This document shows positions 23,482 through 35,480 of a DNA stretch of 64,000 nucleotides, piece after piece (position 1 is the stretch's first letter; every line of letters starts with the position of its first letter). The DNA comes from Dicyema japonicum (lineage: Eukaryota > Animalia > Dicyemida): assembly GCA_011109175.1 (NCBI GenBank), contig RDEW01000053.1, forward strand, positions 124,001 to 188,000. The letters run 5' to 3'. Below the pieces are notes generated by a model. That model worked only from the letters and a program-made list of their open reading frames with translations. It was not told the origin of the DNA and made no database searches. The translations under genes were made by a program, and so were the position numbers.

Positions 23482-24714
23482 CTAAATAACACCAAATTTG
23501 GCGCACCATTCAACGGGAGGGGCAACAAACTCGTTCCCCAAAAACTAAGGCAATCAAATAATAAAAAACATGATATTTCCAAGCATGCAGACAAATTGGC
23601 GGAGACAATACATCCACAACCGGACTACGACAGTCATCACACGTGACAGAAGACTCAAGTATCATTGAGGACTTAAGATCAGAATACTCTCTTATAACCT
23701 ACTGTAAACTTATCCATTACATTCTCCCTGTCAAATATCCCCATAGCTCCCTTATTTTCCCCAAATATTCTGGGATTCCCGTAAATCCAGTCATCAGTGA
23801 TCGGAAATCCCAAGAATTGGAGGTGTACTCTTATCTGATGAGTTCTCCCCGTCCTTGGAGTGCCTGAATAAAACACATGGACTCACATTTAACCAAGGAT
23901 TCTCCTCCTTCGTGCCTCAGCAGCTCAAACGTGGAATATGACGACTTGCCGTTCTTCTTGTCAACACAGGAGAGTCCCAACGAAGCAGAAAATACCCCAA
24001 TTGGCTCCTCACAATGAACAGGACCTCTGAAATAACTAAGAAAGAATCAAACTGTGGAAAAAGTCCATTGACCTTGCACAAATACTCCTTCCTGACCTTC
24101 CTCTCTCCAAATAATTTGACCAAGGACCTACTCGTCCTTACCGTCTTTGCCATAACCACTAGACCCGAGGTGACCCTATCAATCCTATGAACATCTTCGA
24201 CGGAATTCAACAAAACCAACTTTTTATTCCAAAAATCCCGTTTTCTTTCTCCAGTATGTATTTCAGCGAATTGTACCTGTACATACCACATGGATGTATA
24301 GGAATAGATCCCGGTTTGTCCACGACTATGAACTCATTGTTCTCATGGACTATAGCCACTTTTTTATCCAGAGTTGGTGGCTCATGTCTATTTACCGATT
24401 AGCCGTACTAACCTGTGTACTTTATTGCTGACTTTGTCCCCTTCCTTTATTATTTGATGGACTTGTGCCTCTTCGCCGTTCACTCTTATGAGTCCAGAAG
24501 CTACAATCTTCTCTATTTCAGGCAATTTATAGTGGAATTCTGCCTCATATACTTGGCCCACAGTTTTCCCCACCCAACGTGATTTGGCAAATGTTTGATG
24601 AGTGTAGTAATAAGGGAGTACTTTTCTTAGTCCTCAAAGTCTATATATTTCTTTACCATCCTTGTAGTGAAATTCATAAGAATCTCCTTTATCAACTCCA
24701 TCATCACACCTCAT
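23482..24714 (-). CDS. RPUSD2: RluA-family RNA pseudouridine synthase
   Basis: G|LRKVLPYYY...KSRWVGK...HR|HEPP...VVDKPGSIPIHPCG...VHRIDRVTSG (catalytic Asp)...KEYLCKVNGLFP...TGRTHQIRVHLQFLGFPI...CDDC...ICLHAWKY. About seven 22-26 nt GT-AG introns restore one open frame. The start codon is the least certain part. Confidence 0.92.
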
Positions 24715-24869
24715 AAACACGTAACCCTGATTTATTAATTTAAAATAAATTTATTATTTTCACTATTTAAATAATTATTTACAATTTAATTTATCATGAA
24801 TTTTTGTTTAAGCTGGTGGCTCCTGAACATGCCTGGAAAATACGAAATTAAAGGGCTAGACTTTTCCAT

Positions 24870-25095
24870 CAGGAGGCTCTCTAACACCTGGAAATGAAGA
24901 GCACTTTGTTAGGACCACTCCAAATTGCCTTCCGAGATTCTTTAAAAAGAGGAGCACATCGATTTCGTACGAGATCCTGGAGGCTGTTTGGACACATGGA
25001 GGCCTGTGAACCTTCAAGTGGAGGTGAGTAAACAACCTGTTTACCTTCCACTCTTGCACTGGACGCCATCTGAGGTCACATGACGTCACTCCAGT
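24870..25095. repeat. Dispersed repeat family A, longer diverged copy
   Basis: Ends GAGGTCACATGACGTCACTC. The plus frame EEHIDFVRDPGG matches EEHRDFVRDPEG (35046-35438 minus) and EEHRDFVQDG (about 42300 minus). Confidence 0.65.
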
Positions 25096-25959
25096 AGAAA
25101 AGAGAAGCTTTGGGCTCAAACTCTACACACCTATGTAGTAGTTTAGCAGCGAAGTAGCATGCTCATTTAATGCTGGGAACAAATTTAGAGAAGGCTTGCA
25201 CAGCAACAATGCCTTTCTACCAATGCCTTCTGTAATTTGTCGCTTAGTTAAGGGACTTTGAGAGTTTCGGTAACATCAAGATACTTATTTTTTTCGTGTT
25301 TCTCTCTGACTTTTGCTAACTCATAAATCGAAATGAAAAAAATAGAATATGTAAGGAAATAAATTCAGATTTTTATAAATATGCATTTATTCGTGAGAGA
25401 CGTGAGATCTCTATAGAAGTCTATTCCGACTAAAAAGAAGGAAGTCGTATGTGTAGGCTGCTCTACGTCAAATTGGGAAAAGTTTATGAAGTGTTTTGTT
25501 TTCTGAGTTCAAAGTTTCCCCGGCTAATGGATCAAAATTAAAAATTGCAAATAGGCATTCTAATAAAGACTTTCTGATAGAACGTGCAACTTGTGAACTT
25601 GTGTCCAATATTCAAACATAATATTTTGTCTACAAAATACGACCTGTTTAATATAGTAATGTGATCAGGGATAAGCGTTCAAAGTCATAAAAGATACGGA
25701 ACGTGCTCTCACAATGCATTTTATTTAGTCAGACAAGAAACTCATGAAAATGCTCTTAAACTACAGATTTAAAAATTTCATTACGAAAAAGAACAAAATA
25801 ACATGGAAATTACGAATCTGTTTAATTAAATTTTTTGAACCAGAAAACACAGTCATAGTCGGAATAAAAAAAATCAGGTAATCCCGGCCTCCCTTAGTAG
25901 TCTTCGCATTTTTACAAGAAAGGCAGATTTTTCCAGATAGAAGTTACTGTAAAAGAGGA

Positions 25960-26330
25960 CACGTAATGGTTCAAAGTGGTAGTGTTGGAAGGGAGCCTCG
26001 GGACCGTTATTTTGTGGTTACATATCTTAGGTACATGGTTAGATAACTTTAATGTGAATTTTGAAGATGCAATTAGCTTCATTTGTATGTGGAGTTCTAA
26101 AATTGTGACTCAAAAATTGTCAAAAACAACATTGGCTGGAGTTCGGCGACAACTGTAGACTGGCAAATGTCTATCAGAGACGTCTGTGCACATTGTTAAA
26201 ATCGAAAATCAGTTTTATCTGTTTAATTAACGATGGCTGGTGAAGGAATGATGTAGAAATAGACAAGAGTATTTTTTCTAATCGAAAAAAATAACTGTGG
26301 ACGATTATTCATCCAGAAACAACCTGTTGA
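25960..26330 (+). mobile_element. Merlin/IS1016 (ISXO2-like) transposase remnant
   Basis: VEIDKSIFSNRKNNCGR resembles the VEIDESxFxxRKxNxGR signature. Confidence 0.5.
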
Positions 26331-26479
26331 CATAAGAACCCACTATTAGTGGAAATAGTTGATTTTCGACGCCGAACTTGATTTCGTTGCAGGAAAGTAG
26401 TGTCACATTCAAAATAAGTACCGAATTCTTATTTTGATGCTGCAGTCCCTTTTAAAATAAGTAGAAAATAGCTCTAAGT

Positions 26480-27100
26480 TGTATCAAGGAAACCATGTGG
26501 TCAGAGGGCATGACCCCAGTACTCTATCTCTGTAGTGATGACACTATCATCGACATAAAAACTATGATGAAATCTTCACTTCTTTGCAGTAGCATATTAT
26601 TTGTAAATTTGAGGAAGGGGAAAACTTTGAGGCATTCAGTTGGCAGGGAGACGTTTTTTCGAACTATGTTGTTACATTTCACTTGTCCCCATCTTCAACT
26701 AAGGACAGCCAAATTTTTAAGTCCGGATGATGTTCGAGTTTTGACGCCTTACTTATATCACTCAAATTGCAAGTCATAAAGATTGCTTCTCATTCAGAGT
26801 TCATTATTAATGGGGGAAGGTTCTTTAGGAACGTGTCTGGTAATGAGTTAGTTCGGTTTCACCCAGGTCTTTAGAATAATCGGCTAATTCGAATATAGTT
26901 TTGAAATGCGGACAAAAACTGGAAATCTTGATTAGTATCTGTCATGAACGAAGAGGATTTTTAGGACCACATTCCCTTGATCTGGATCCTAATCTCTTGA
27001 GGGCCTCCAGAGGCGTTAGTCCGGTTAGGATCTTCACAAAGGCCAACGTACTTGTTAGCAATTGAAAAGTGAAAAAGCACAATGAGAAAAGTCTCCATGT
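26480..27100 (-). mobile_element. Decayed reverse transcriptase fragment, probably Penelope-like
   Basis: YVDD motif at about 26545-26556 on the minus strand in broken frames. Confidence 0.35.
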
Positions 27101-27402
27101 AAATATTGAGTCAATGCACTTTACATCCCATTATGAAGAATAACATCAAATTGTGTTCAAATCAATCTATAAATCGAAAATAAACTTAACAAAGTTAATT
27201 CCTTCTACAAACAGAATATTACTAACCAATTATGTAGTGGACTCCAAATATGGCGCTGAGTGGAGCGTTTTTATTTAAGAACTGCACCATGTGGACAAAC
27301 AATTAACTTTTTTAGCGAACGGATGATTTTTGCGATATCGGAAGTGAAAGTAGTACAAATTACTCACAAATTAATTTCGTTAATTTTATTTACTAGAAAG
27401 AC

Positions 27403-28671
27403 ATGGACTTTATAAATGCAGGTACAATCGAAACAGGAAGGGATAGTGTAATAAATTGGAATTCCATGGAAACGCAGGAAAAGGTAGGCCTTTATTCAAT
27501 ACTCCAGAGAATCATAAATGTTAAGGTTTTCTTTCTAAAAATCGGGGAAATCGACACGATAAAGGAACAGTTCACTGCTGACGTTTTGATTGAGGCATCT
27601 TGGAAGGAGTTTGGACTCATCCCAGATAAGGTCAAGGTTGTACTTTAAGCACAATAAAAGAACTCTCAATATACGGGAGAAGTATGGGACCCTTGCATTC
27701 GCATCGAGAACATCCTCGTAGAGCAAAAGGATTCAGGGTGGATAAACAGTACCTCCGTGGTCGACAATCAGGTCTACGTCCACTTGAAGAGGAGAGTCAG
27801 AGGAATATTTATGGAAAAGTTGGAACTTGAGAACTTTCCGTTCGACGTGCAGGCAACTCAAATTCTAAACTCAAAGGACTTAACAGTAAAGCTGATAAGT
27901 CAATGTGACTCCGATCAGCTGGAATTCAAGACACAGATTCTTGAGAACGGGGTTAACATAAACTCGTTCGTCGACAAACAAGCTATATTACACTTATTTT
28001 AGAAATGGCAGTTATATACCCACGTGGAGGTTGATATAAGAAGTGACGACAATGTAATGTTTTCGAAAGTGAAACATCCGTCGATATCCTACATGTGCCA
28101 GGTAGTACGCAGACCGGGATTTTTTTATTGGAATGTTTTTCTGATAATGGTAGATTCTATAGTCAGTTCCAGTGGGGGATAGCTTCACTTTCGTTTACCA
28201 CATTTTCAGTTAACAATCTCAACACACATCAAAGACTTCAGCTGACCTTCACTCTCATTCTAACCACCGTGGCCTTCAAGTACGTGGTTAATCAGAGCAT
28301 TCCGAAAATATCCTATTTGACCTACGCTGTTGGTTTCCTTTAATCTACTTGAGGACAAGTACATCCTGTTTTCTCTTTCTCTTCTGGGAACTATATGCAT
28401 TTGGCACAGCGTTGTCCCTTATGTGGTCGCTTATGCATGGTTAACCCATGAATACTACGTTATATTCGGATTTCTCGGAGTATATTTTGTCTACCACGTG
28501 CTATTCGTCATCACTATATGGAAGAAGGTAAGCTGATCTCTCATTTAAGGGATTCGATAAAAGGAGGAAAGTCAGAGTCAAAGAAGCCCAGGTTGGTATT
28601 CTAATAAATCTCAGTTTAAGGCAAAATTGAACAAATTCGAAAATTCTGCAATAAAAATTTATATTCCTTAA
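27403..28671 (+). CDS. Cys-less (Pro-loop) pentameric ligand-gated ion channel subunit
   Basis: VKVFFLKIGEIDTIKEQFTAD...ASW...WDPCIRIEN...RVRGIFMEKLELENFPFDVQ|DLTV...W.L...VVRRPGFFYWNVFLIM (M1)...RLQLTFTLILTTVAFK (M2)...SIPKISYLTY|ADKY (M3) and a hydrophobic M4. Introns 27484-27507, 27637-27660, 27853-27876 (GC-AG), 27982-28002 (GC-AG), 28150-28172, 28329-28353, 28528-28549. The last exon is uncertain. Confidence 0.88.
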
Positions 28672-29099
28672 CTTTAACAAACTAACCCCAATAATAAAAC
28701 GTGCAATAAATCATCAGTCGAGAGTTGTAGAGAATTAAAGTGCAAGGTTTTAAACAAAACAAGTGTTGGGTGGATCAGGGTTCCAATCTCTCCCAGGAAA
28801 ATTGAAAAGAATTTGAGGATTATCTAACAAAAGCTTCAGGTTAAGATACGTTGCTAAGGATGTCGCTAATAATTGAACGTTCGAGAATCAATCATTAACT
28901 ATTCATGCTCCTTGGAATATTGGATCAGGGAAGTCTCGCTTCATTCATTTTACAATAAATTTCCCGCTTTTTTAATTTGTAATTTTTATCAAACTTTCTT
29001 ATTTTAAAATTTGAAATATTTTTTATAATTAGAAAGTAATTTATAGAAAATATACAATTTTAGCCCGAAATCAAACAGAAGCTATCATATTTTTGTAAG

Positions 29100-29990
29100 A
29101 TTGTAAAGAAAGGCCATATGTCTCCTGAATCGACATATCAAAAACCATTTGACAATGTTAACCACAGAGCCATAATCAGTTATCTCGGACGGGGAGCCAA
29201 AGGAACTAGTAAATTGGGTGGAAGTATACCAAAAAGGAAGAAAATCCTATGTTAGATGCGGACGATATTTTTCAAATATGATATTATTGAAGAGAGGAGT
29301 CCACAAGGATCAATTTTGAACCCTCAATTGTTTAATGTTCTAATGGCCGGTTTCCCGTCTCCGACTACACCGAGTACGAGATCTCTGATATACGCAGACG
29401 ACATGCTACTGTCTGATGTGTCGAGATCGAGCATGATCTCAGAGAGGAGACTCAATGTGTACATGGAAGAGATAAAAGACTGGTGCGGTCTTCATGGGTT
29501 AAACTGTCAGAAGAAAAATCTAGTGCAATGATGTTCCTCGGTCGGAATGGTAAAGGAAATCAGAAAGACTCCATATGCGGAATCAACATTGTGAGCTCCG
29601 TGAAGTATCTCGGAACAGCTTTTGAGAAATCTGGGAGCACATTGTGAGATTTTAAACTCAAAAGGAAAAAAGTCCACCATGCGATATTGTGCATGAGGAA
29701 ATTAAGAATCGAAACGGATATGTTTTTATTTTTTCATGTACGATCATTCCATCACTCCTTTATGGACTGGAAGGATAGTATTACAAAGAGCGTTTTATCT
29801 TGCTTCTTGAAAAATCGAGAAGAGCAGGGATCAAGATTGCCCTGCACAAAAGGCTCGACGAGAAGCTAGATGAAGATGAAAATTTGCTAGTAATGTCGAT
29901 AAGAGATGCAGCAGAAAAAAGGATGGAAAACTACTTTAAAAGAGATGCCATCATTGACTCGTATGTTGCAGCACAGAATAAACGATAAGA
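29100..29990 (+). mobile_element. 5'-truncated Jockey/CR1-like LINE RT pseudogene
   Basis: KPFDNVNH, PQGSILNPQLFNVLM, LIYADD and VKYLG motifs. The C-terminus resembles 49200-49460. Confidence 0.8.
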
Positions 29991-30379
29991 GGGGTCTGAG
30001 AGCGCAGAGAAGAGTCCAAGCGTTTGCAGAACTTGCGGCATGAGGCCAAATAACTCCCTCTTTAATTTTTTTGCTAATAAAGTTGTTAAAGTTAAAAAAA
30101 GTTAAAAGAAAAGGTATGCAGTCATTGGCATTCTGTCTCTAAGGCAACGCTTCCCGATTCGTTTTGAGTTCGCACCCCCAAAATTTTTAAAAACCAACCT
30201 CACATCCTCGATTTTAAATCTAGCGGAATTCGAATTTTATAAAAAATGGTTAGGTTCCTTGAGACTTTTCCTGCCTTTTAGTTTTAATTAATTCTTCGAA
30301 CCATGTTTTTTGTTTGTAGTGCTATTCTGAGATCTTTTTCAGAATAAGAGCGTTTCGGTAATAATTTTTTATATAGCAG

Positions 30380-31907
30380 AGATGAAAATCCAGATTCACA
30401 TAGCCAAGTTGTTGCAAATGGAACCATTCACATAGTCAAGTTGTCATTTAAATTAATGTTGCCAATAGCAACAATAGTCCATTTCAGTAATGCAATCAGG
30501 GTAGTGACGTCCCTTATTTTAGATCATCTCCCGTTGAAAGTACGCCTTCTGTGAGCAATAACTTAAACAGTTATCGACAAAGTTAATTTTTTGTACGACT
30601 AGAAAGGTCAAGAAGTTGAGTTCCTCCCAATCGAGTCTTCCATTGAACTTTACCTGAAGTGCAGACTTTGTGGAGAATTCCTAAAGTATAGGGACTTGTT
30701 GGAACACTTAAAAGTGCATGGTTCTGCTACAGTAAGCTATTTTATGAACCAGATATTGGGGATGAAGTGGAAAGAGTTCATAACCATGGAGGGGATAAAT
30801 TAATAAGCCACAGATTCAACAACATCAAATTAGAAAAAGACATTGAGCAGATATTCCTAAAGAATGGAGCTTTTTCCAACCTCAAGGAAGCGAATATAAC
30901 TTTTCGTCCAGAGATTCGGATAACTGTAGTGTTTATTTAAATTTTAGAGTCGATGTTGGCCGAATATGTCAAGTCAAATACTTCTATGTGCAACAGCATC
31001 TGGGAGATGTACCGATTGGACTCCAAAATCTTGTCACAGAGTTTCTGTAACCAAGAAACTATTCCACGGCACGGAATATGTTGTTAATGGATTTTTCGAG
31101 AGTCGATTTGGTCCTCACGCCGCCTTGTTATTTTCACAAAAGTTGGTAGACTTGGCGTCAAGGTCAACGAAGGCGGTCAATGCCCTAATATAAATTAGAT
31201 TGACGAAGCCTTCATGTGGGCTCACGGAGAGGTCGAGAAACTATGTTCTTTTGGAGTTTCCGAAGAAAGTCACCAGATTTGGTCCGGCTGTACCTATTTG
31301 ATCTCAGTGAACCAGACTAACTCAGATACCCCGATATTATTGATTTCCTACATTGGTAGAAAGTCCCATGTGAAGTCTAGGGGACATTCAGACATTGGCT
31401 GTGAGTAAACGGAAAATCAAGTTTGTCAACAACGAACACTCGTTTTTTACAAACAGAAAAGAAATGATGCGTTTGTCAGCGCACAAAACAAATTCGTTAA
31501 TTTCAGTCAGCAGAATCGCAGCCATGTCGGGAATGAAGGACCCCGGAATCCTCACCTACCCGTCGATAGTCACACCGCTAGTAGGTAGTGATGACTATTT
31601 GGAATGTTCCATAACCGCCAACAACGAGTTTTGGAAGGTTATGGTTTCCGTAAATATACGGAACGTGTTAAAGGAGGTAGTCACTAAGTATTATTGGTAG
31701 TTATACACTGAATTTGCATTCAGAAACTCTGTTAATGTCAATGAGGACCAGCATGACTCTTTCAAACCACTAAAAGAGTTCATTGATGATGAAAGAAACC
31801 GAAAAAATCTCGGAAAGTTTGTGTCGACAAGACTCGTTGAAATAGCATTCGCAGTTGGGGCTAAATTACAGACAACTGTGGTTGTGCTCATATATAACCT
31901 TGACTGA
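30380..31907 (+). CDS. C2H2 zinc finger plus PP2C/PPM-fold pseudophosphatase (5' end uncertain)
   Basis: CRLCGEFLKYRDLLEHLKVH (30660-30719), then PP2C motifs in the correct order: GFFESRFGPHAALLFSQKL, AIDEAF, SGCT, ISYIGD, NEH..NRKEMMRL, SRIAA, ITANNEFWKV, RLVEIAFAVGAKLQTTVVVL. Introns 30721-30752, 30926-30947, 31176-31198, 31356-31380, 31677-31700. Confidence 0.75.
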
Positions 31908-31949
31908 CTTTTTTACTCAAAATAAACAAAAATGTTATCACCGCTCCTC

Positions 31950-32400
31950 TGTGCCTTTAAGAGACGCCATGTGAACTGCCAGCCTCAAGAGAAACCCAGT
32001 GCTTGGTTGGCCCAAAAAAGATTGCATGCTTTCCAACTAAACTGGAGGGGTTGGCACAATCACAAATGTGAATGAACTTGTTGCTTGGAAAGGACCAGTT
32101 TTACTCCAGCTGTGTCAAGTTGATATGCCCTAATTAGACGTTAATGAACAATGACGTCAGTGGATCCGAGGCTTACGTAGTTTCCAATTAAGTTTATTCA
32201 TTGAGTTCGCACACAATAGAAGGAAACGAAGCGTTAGGTAAATCATAAGACGATAGAGACATCCTAAATCAAATGAGTTGATCTGGCCTGGATGCTTCAA
32301 GACAAGATATAAAAATTCAAGGGTTGCACCAATGTTGTAAGGTACGAATTCTAATCTCTCCCGTGTTCCCTAAAGAGACACTATTCGAAGGACTTTATAG
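31950..32400. repeat. Dispersed repeat family A, long diverged copy in the opposite orientation
   Basis: The reverse complement contains ACCCCTCCAGT...GCACTGGG...TTCACATGGCGTCTC. Confidence 0.55.
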
Positions 32401-32769
32401 CTGAAATATCTAAATCATTTTGAAAAAAAAGTTATAACCAAATTAACGAAGATTTTAAGTATTTATCCCTGAGTTGAGAAAATACCTGAGGAGAATCCGA
32501 GTGGAGTATAAGTTGAATTACTTAATGAAACATTTTTTATTAATCATTTCATTATTTGTTTGTCTTAATAAGCGGGAAATTAACTCATTTTTTCGCAAGT
32601 TCACATAACTCTCTTAATAAAGTCGGGATCACTTGATAATTGGTTTGGTTTTACCGTGATCTTAAGTTGTAAAAATTCATAAAATTTTAAATTTATTTTT
32701 AAGAGAATGCTATTTTTTATATTTTTATTTATTCGCAAAATTAATAAAAACGTTTCAAAAAACAAAAAG

Positions 32770-33030
32770 ACTAAGCCACACAGTGTGTTAGAATGTTAAA
32801 TAGTGATTACGTCCGAAGACACAACAAAGTTTTAAAATGCTTACATCTCCATCTATGCAGAGTATATGGAATCAAAAAGGCTAGAAAGTTGAAGGGGGAT
32901 TCAGTCGATTCTATCAACACAGAATGTTGAGATAAGACTAGATTCTGACTGAAACGAAAGTACAGTTCAACAAACCAGATATCTTTGTATATAATTGTAA
33001 TAGAAGTGGGGATTACATCTCGTTTTACTG
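32770..33030 (+). mobile_element. R4/Dong-like RLE fragment
   Basis: MLNSDYVRRHNKVLKCLHLHLCRVYGIKKARKLKG...KPDIFV...IEVGITS, homologous to 597-1490. Confidence 0.8.
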
Positions 33031-33349
33031 TTAATCAATATTATTATTTTCGTGGTAATTTAATATTTTAAATTTCATTTTTGCAAAATTAATTTTTAAA
33101 TTACATCAAATTGAGAGTTAGTAACTAAGTGTATGCAGAAGCCCAGATTACATGGCTATTCCTTCTCAAAATTGCGATGGACACTCGCTCGAATAGCCAA
33201 CAATGCTTGCGAAAATCTGACACTCAAATCGATCCAGAAATTCCAGCTTTTAAAGTCGGACGCCACTGCTACTTTCACAACGAGATTTTTTAACCCCATA
33301 CTTACAATCTTTGGTAAACCCCAAATCCATCGTCCAATAGTACATTAGA

Positions 33350-33640
33350 TACATTGCAGAAGAGAGGTGGAGAAGTAGGTTCTCCTTCTTCCATTTTCAT
33401 CACACGTCCTACCGTGGCAGACATAACTTCATTCTCCGACGGAAGAGTTACATAATATAAACTTCATCAGAGTATTTGGGTAGGGAAAAGGTAGGAAGAT
33501 CCCTTTCAAATACTGTGTTGTGCCAGAAAAACTCGTCACCTCACGGGTATGATCTGTTTGACAAGAGAATTGACCTTCGCTGAAAACCCCATCTTCACAA
33601 CCTTCGGATCCGATGTCAATAGAAGTTAGGGTCTGCGAGA
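33350..33640 (-). mobile_element. Decayed CRE-like RT fragment
   Basis: GSEGCEDGVFS and GEPTSPPLFC resemble GCEAAVH and GDPLSPLLFC. Homologous to 18760-19030. Confidence 0.5.
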
Positions 33641-33781
33641 AAGCCTGGATTAAACATCACTGAAATTGATTTAAATTTTAATAATAAATATTGTTTAATT
33701 TATATTAATTTTATTATAAAATTGTTTTATTTTATCTTCAAATTACTTTTTCTGTTGCACTTTTATTTTGCTAAAATATCA

Positions 33782-34874
33782 ATGTTTAATTTTGAGGATC
33801 TTTTCAGAGGAACCCTTTTTGATGTTTGTTGAATATTTAAATTTTAAGAGCAGTCAAGATTCTTTAAATAAATCAGTTACTGAACAGGAACCTGTCCCTG
33901 AGCCCACTTCCAGGCAACCCGATAGCCTTACTCGAGTATTTTCACATATTTCATCTTTATCAAACGACACCATCCAAGTGGACCGGTTATATGAATTTAG
34001 GCTTTTAAAGTTGAAAGTTCATGCCAGTCCTTGTCAACTGTCAACCAAAAAAGAGATCCTGGGATCTCCGACGTATCCAACTCAAGTGATGCCCTAAAAT
34101 CAGTGCTTGTTTGAAATCATCCTTAGACTAAACCTTCTTCCAAGGTCTCTGAAGTCTCTGAGCCTCCAAAAAAGACATCCTCATGTGTAATCTGACCTTG
34201 TTATACCAGCTGACTAAGGATGAGCTCGAGTGGTTGGTCTCCGCCGCCAAAATGGACATGGAAGCGATGAAAGCACTCCTTGCACGTCTCCCTGGTCTCC
34301 TTGATCTGCAGGTTGGTTCATTGGTCCTTTAAGCACTCCACTTATATAGAATCCATTGAATGTTACCTTCCTTGTTATTGTTAGGGGGTTAGTTGTTTGC
34401 TAACGTTGATAGTTCACTGCGGCTCACTGGGCAGCTCGTCAAAACAATGACGTCATAATTCGGTGGTTGTGGATGAACTCTGCAGACCTCAACTGCAAGA
34501 CTGTAAGCTTGGTTGTGTATTTTAGAATGTAAGAATGTGATTGATGAGTGTTTAGACGGGGTTGAGTCCCCTTCATATTGCCGTGATGGCTAAGAACTGG
34601 AAGGTCGTGAATGCCCTGACTAGGGAAGTAGGTATAGTGTGGAGTTTATGGAGAATGTGACATTCATGTGCGGGACTTTGAGGGACTAACGCCATTTGAT
34701 TACTTGGACGAGTTGGAGGATTCTGAGATAACAGGTTGCGCTGGTTGGTGTGTTGTAGACTCTCTCAACCCAAAATCACGCCCACTTGTCTGTAAGAGAT
34801 CAAAACGGTCTCTTTTTTTTCTTTTTCGAAAGAATACGTTTTGTTCTATTATGCCTTGTCATAGAAAAGAATAA
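33782..34874 (+). CDS. Ankyrin-repeat protein, sosondowah (SOWAH)-like, with microexons
   Basis: Spliced product: ...LTKDELEWLVSAAKMD..LL...LLDLQ|NPLN|G|FTAAHWAARQNN...DLNCKT|N|TGLSPLHIAV...E|CDIHVRDFEGLTPFDYL. About ten GT-AG introns of 22-38 nt. The ankyrin call is strong and the SOWAH assignment moderate. Confidence 0.82.
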
Positions 34875-35045
34875 ATTTGGACTGTTTGCTGTTATTTTCA
34901 ATAATTTTATGTTTTTTTGGTCAATCTGTCCGTCTTGGAATAGAAAAAACAAATCTGCAATATTTTGTGGACTAGAAATTAACTAAATTGTTCATCCGTT
35001 TCTTCCTCCGTCCTGGGGCTCATCTCGGCTTCTTTGAGGTTTTCA

Positions 35046-35438
35046 TTAAGGACGGTCGGTAGGGTTGTCCTTGGTCGATCTGAAACGCTGAGTGCCTAAG
35101 ACAAAGCAGGCCCTTTTAGTCATGCTCGCAGGGGTCCAGAAGAAGTATAATTCCAACTTGCCTTCAGGATCCCGTACGAAATCCCTGTGCTCTTCGTCTC
35201 TTGTAAAGAATATCGGACCGAAGTCTGGAGTGGTTCTAGAAAGACAGGATATGCCTAAGATAAACCTTCCTAGTTCATGCCATGTGCAAGTCAAAGTACC
35301 CGCCTTGTACAAGAGTATGGATTTCAAAGTCGTTGTACTTGTGGACTCTTGTATCCACATCAAGCTCTTTACGGAAAAACCAAGTTTTCTCGATTTACAG
35401 TTATTTTTCAAAGTAACGGTAATATCATACGATAGCAT
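35046..35438 (-). mobile_element. Probable Penelope-like GIY-YIG endonuclease remnant
   Basis: KSILLYK...TC...FILG...FTRDEEHRDFVR resembles the GIY-YIG pattern KSxVVYxxxC...YIG...RxxEH. Homologous to 42100-42400. Confidence 0.4.
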
Positions 35439-35480
35439 TCCACCGAATAATTTATATTATGAAATATATGCCGAGTGTAA

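Noticed and set aside
30948-31907. TAB1 orthology for the PP2C-like gene
   Set aside because: No TAB1-specific sequence or C-terminal TAK1-binding tail is recognisable, so it was left unnamed.
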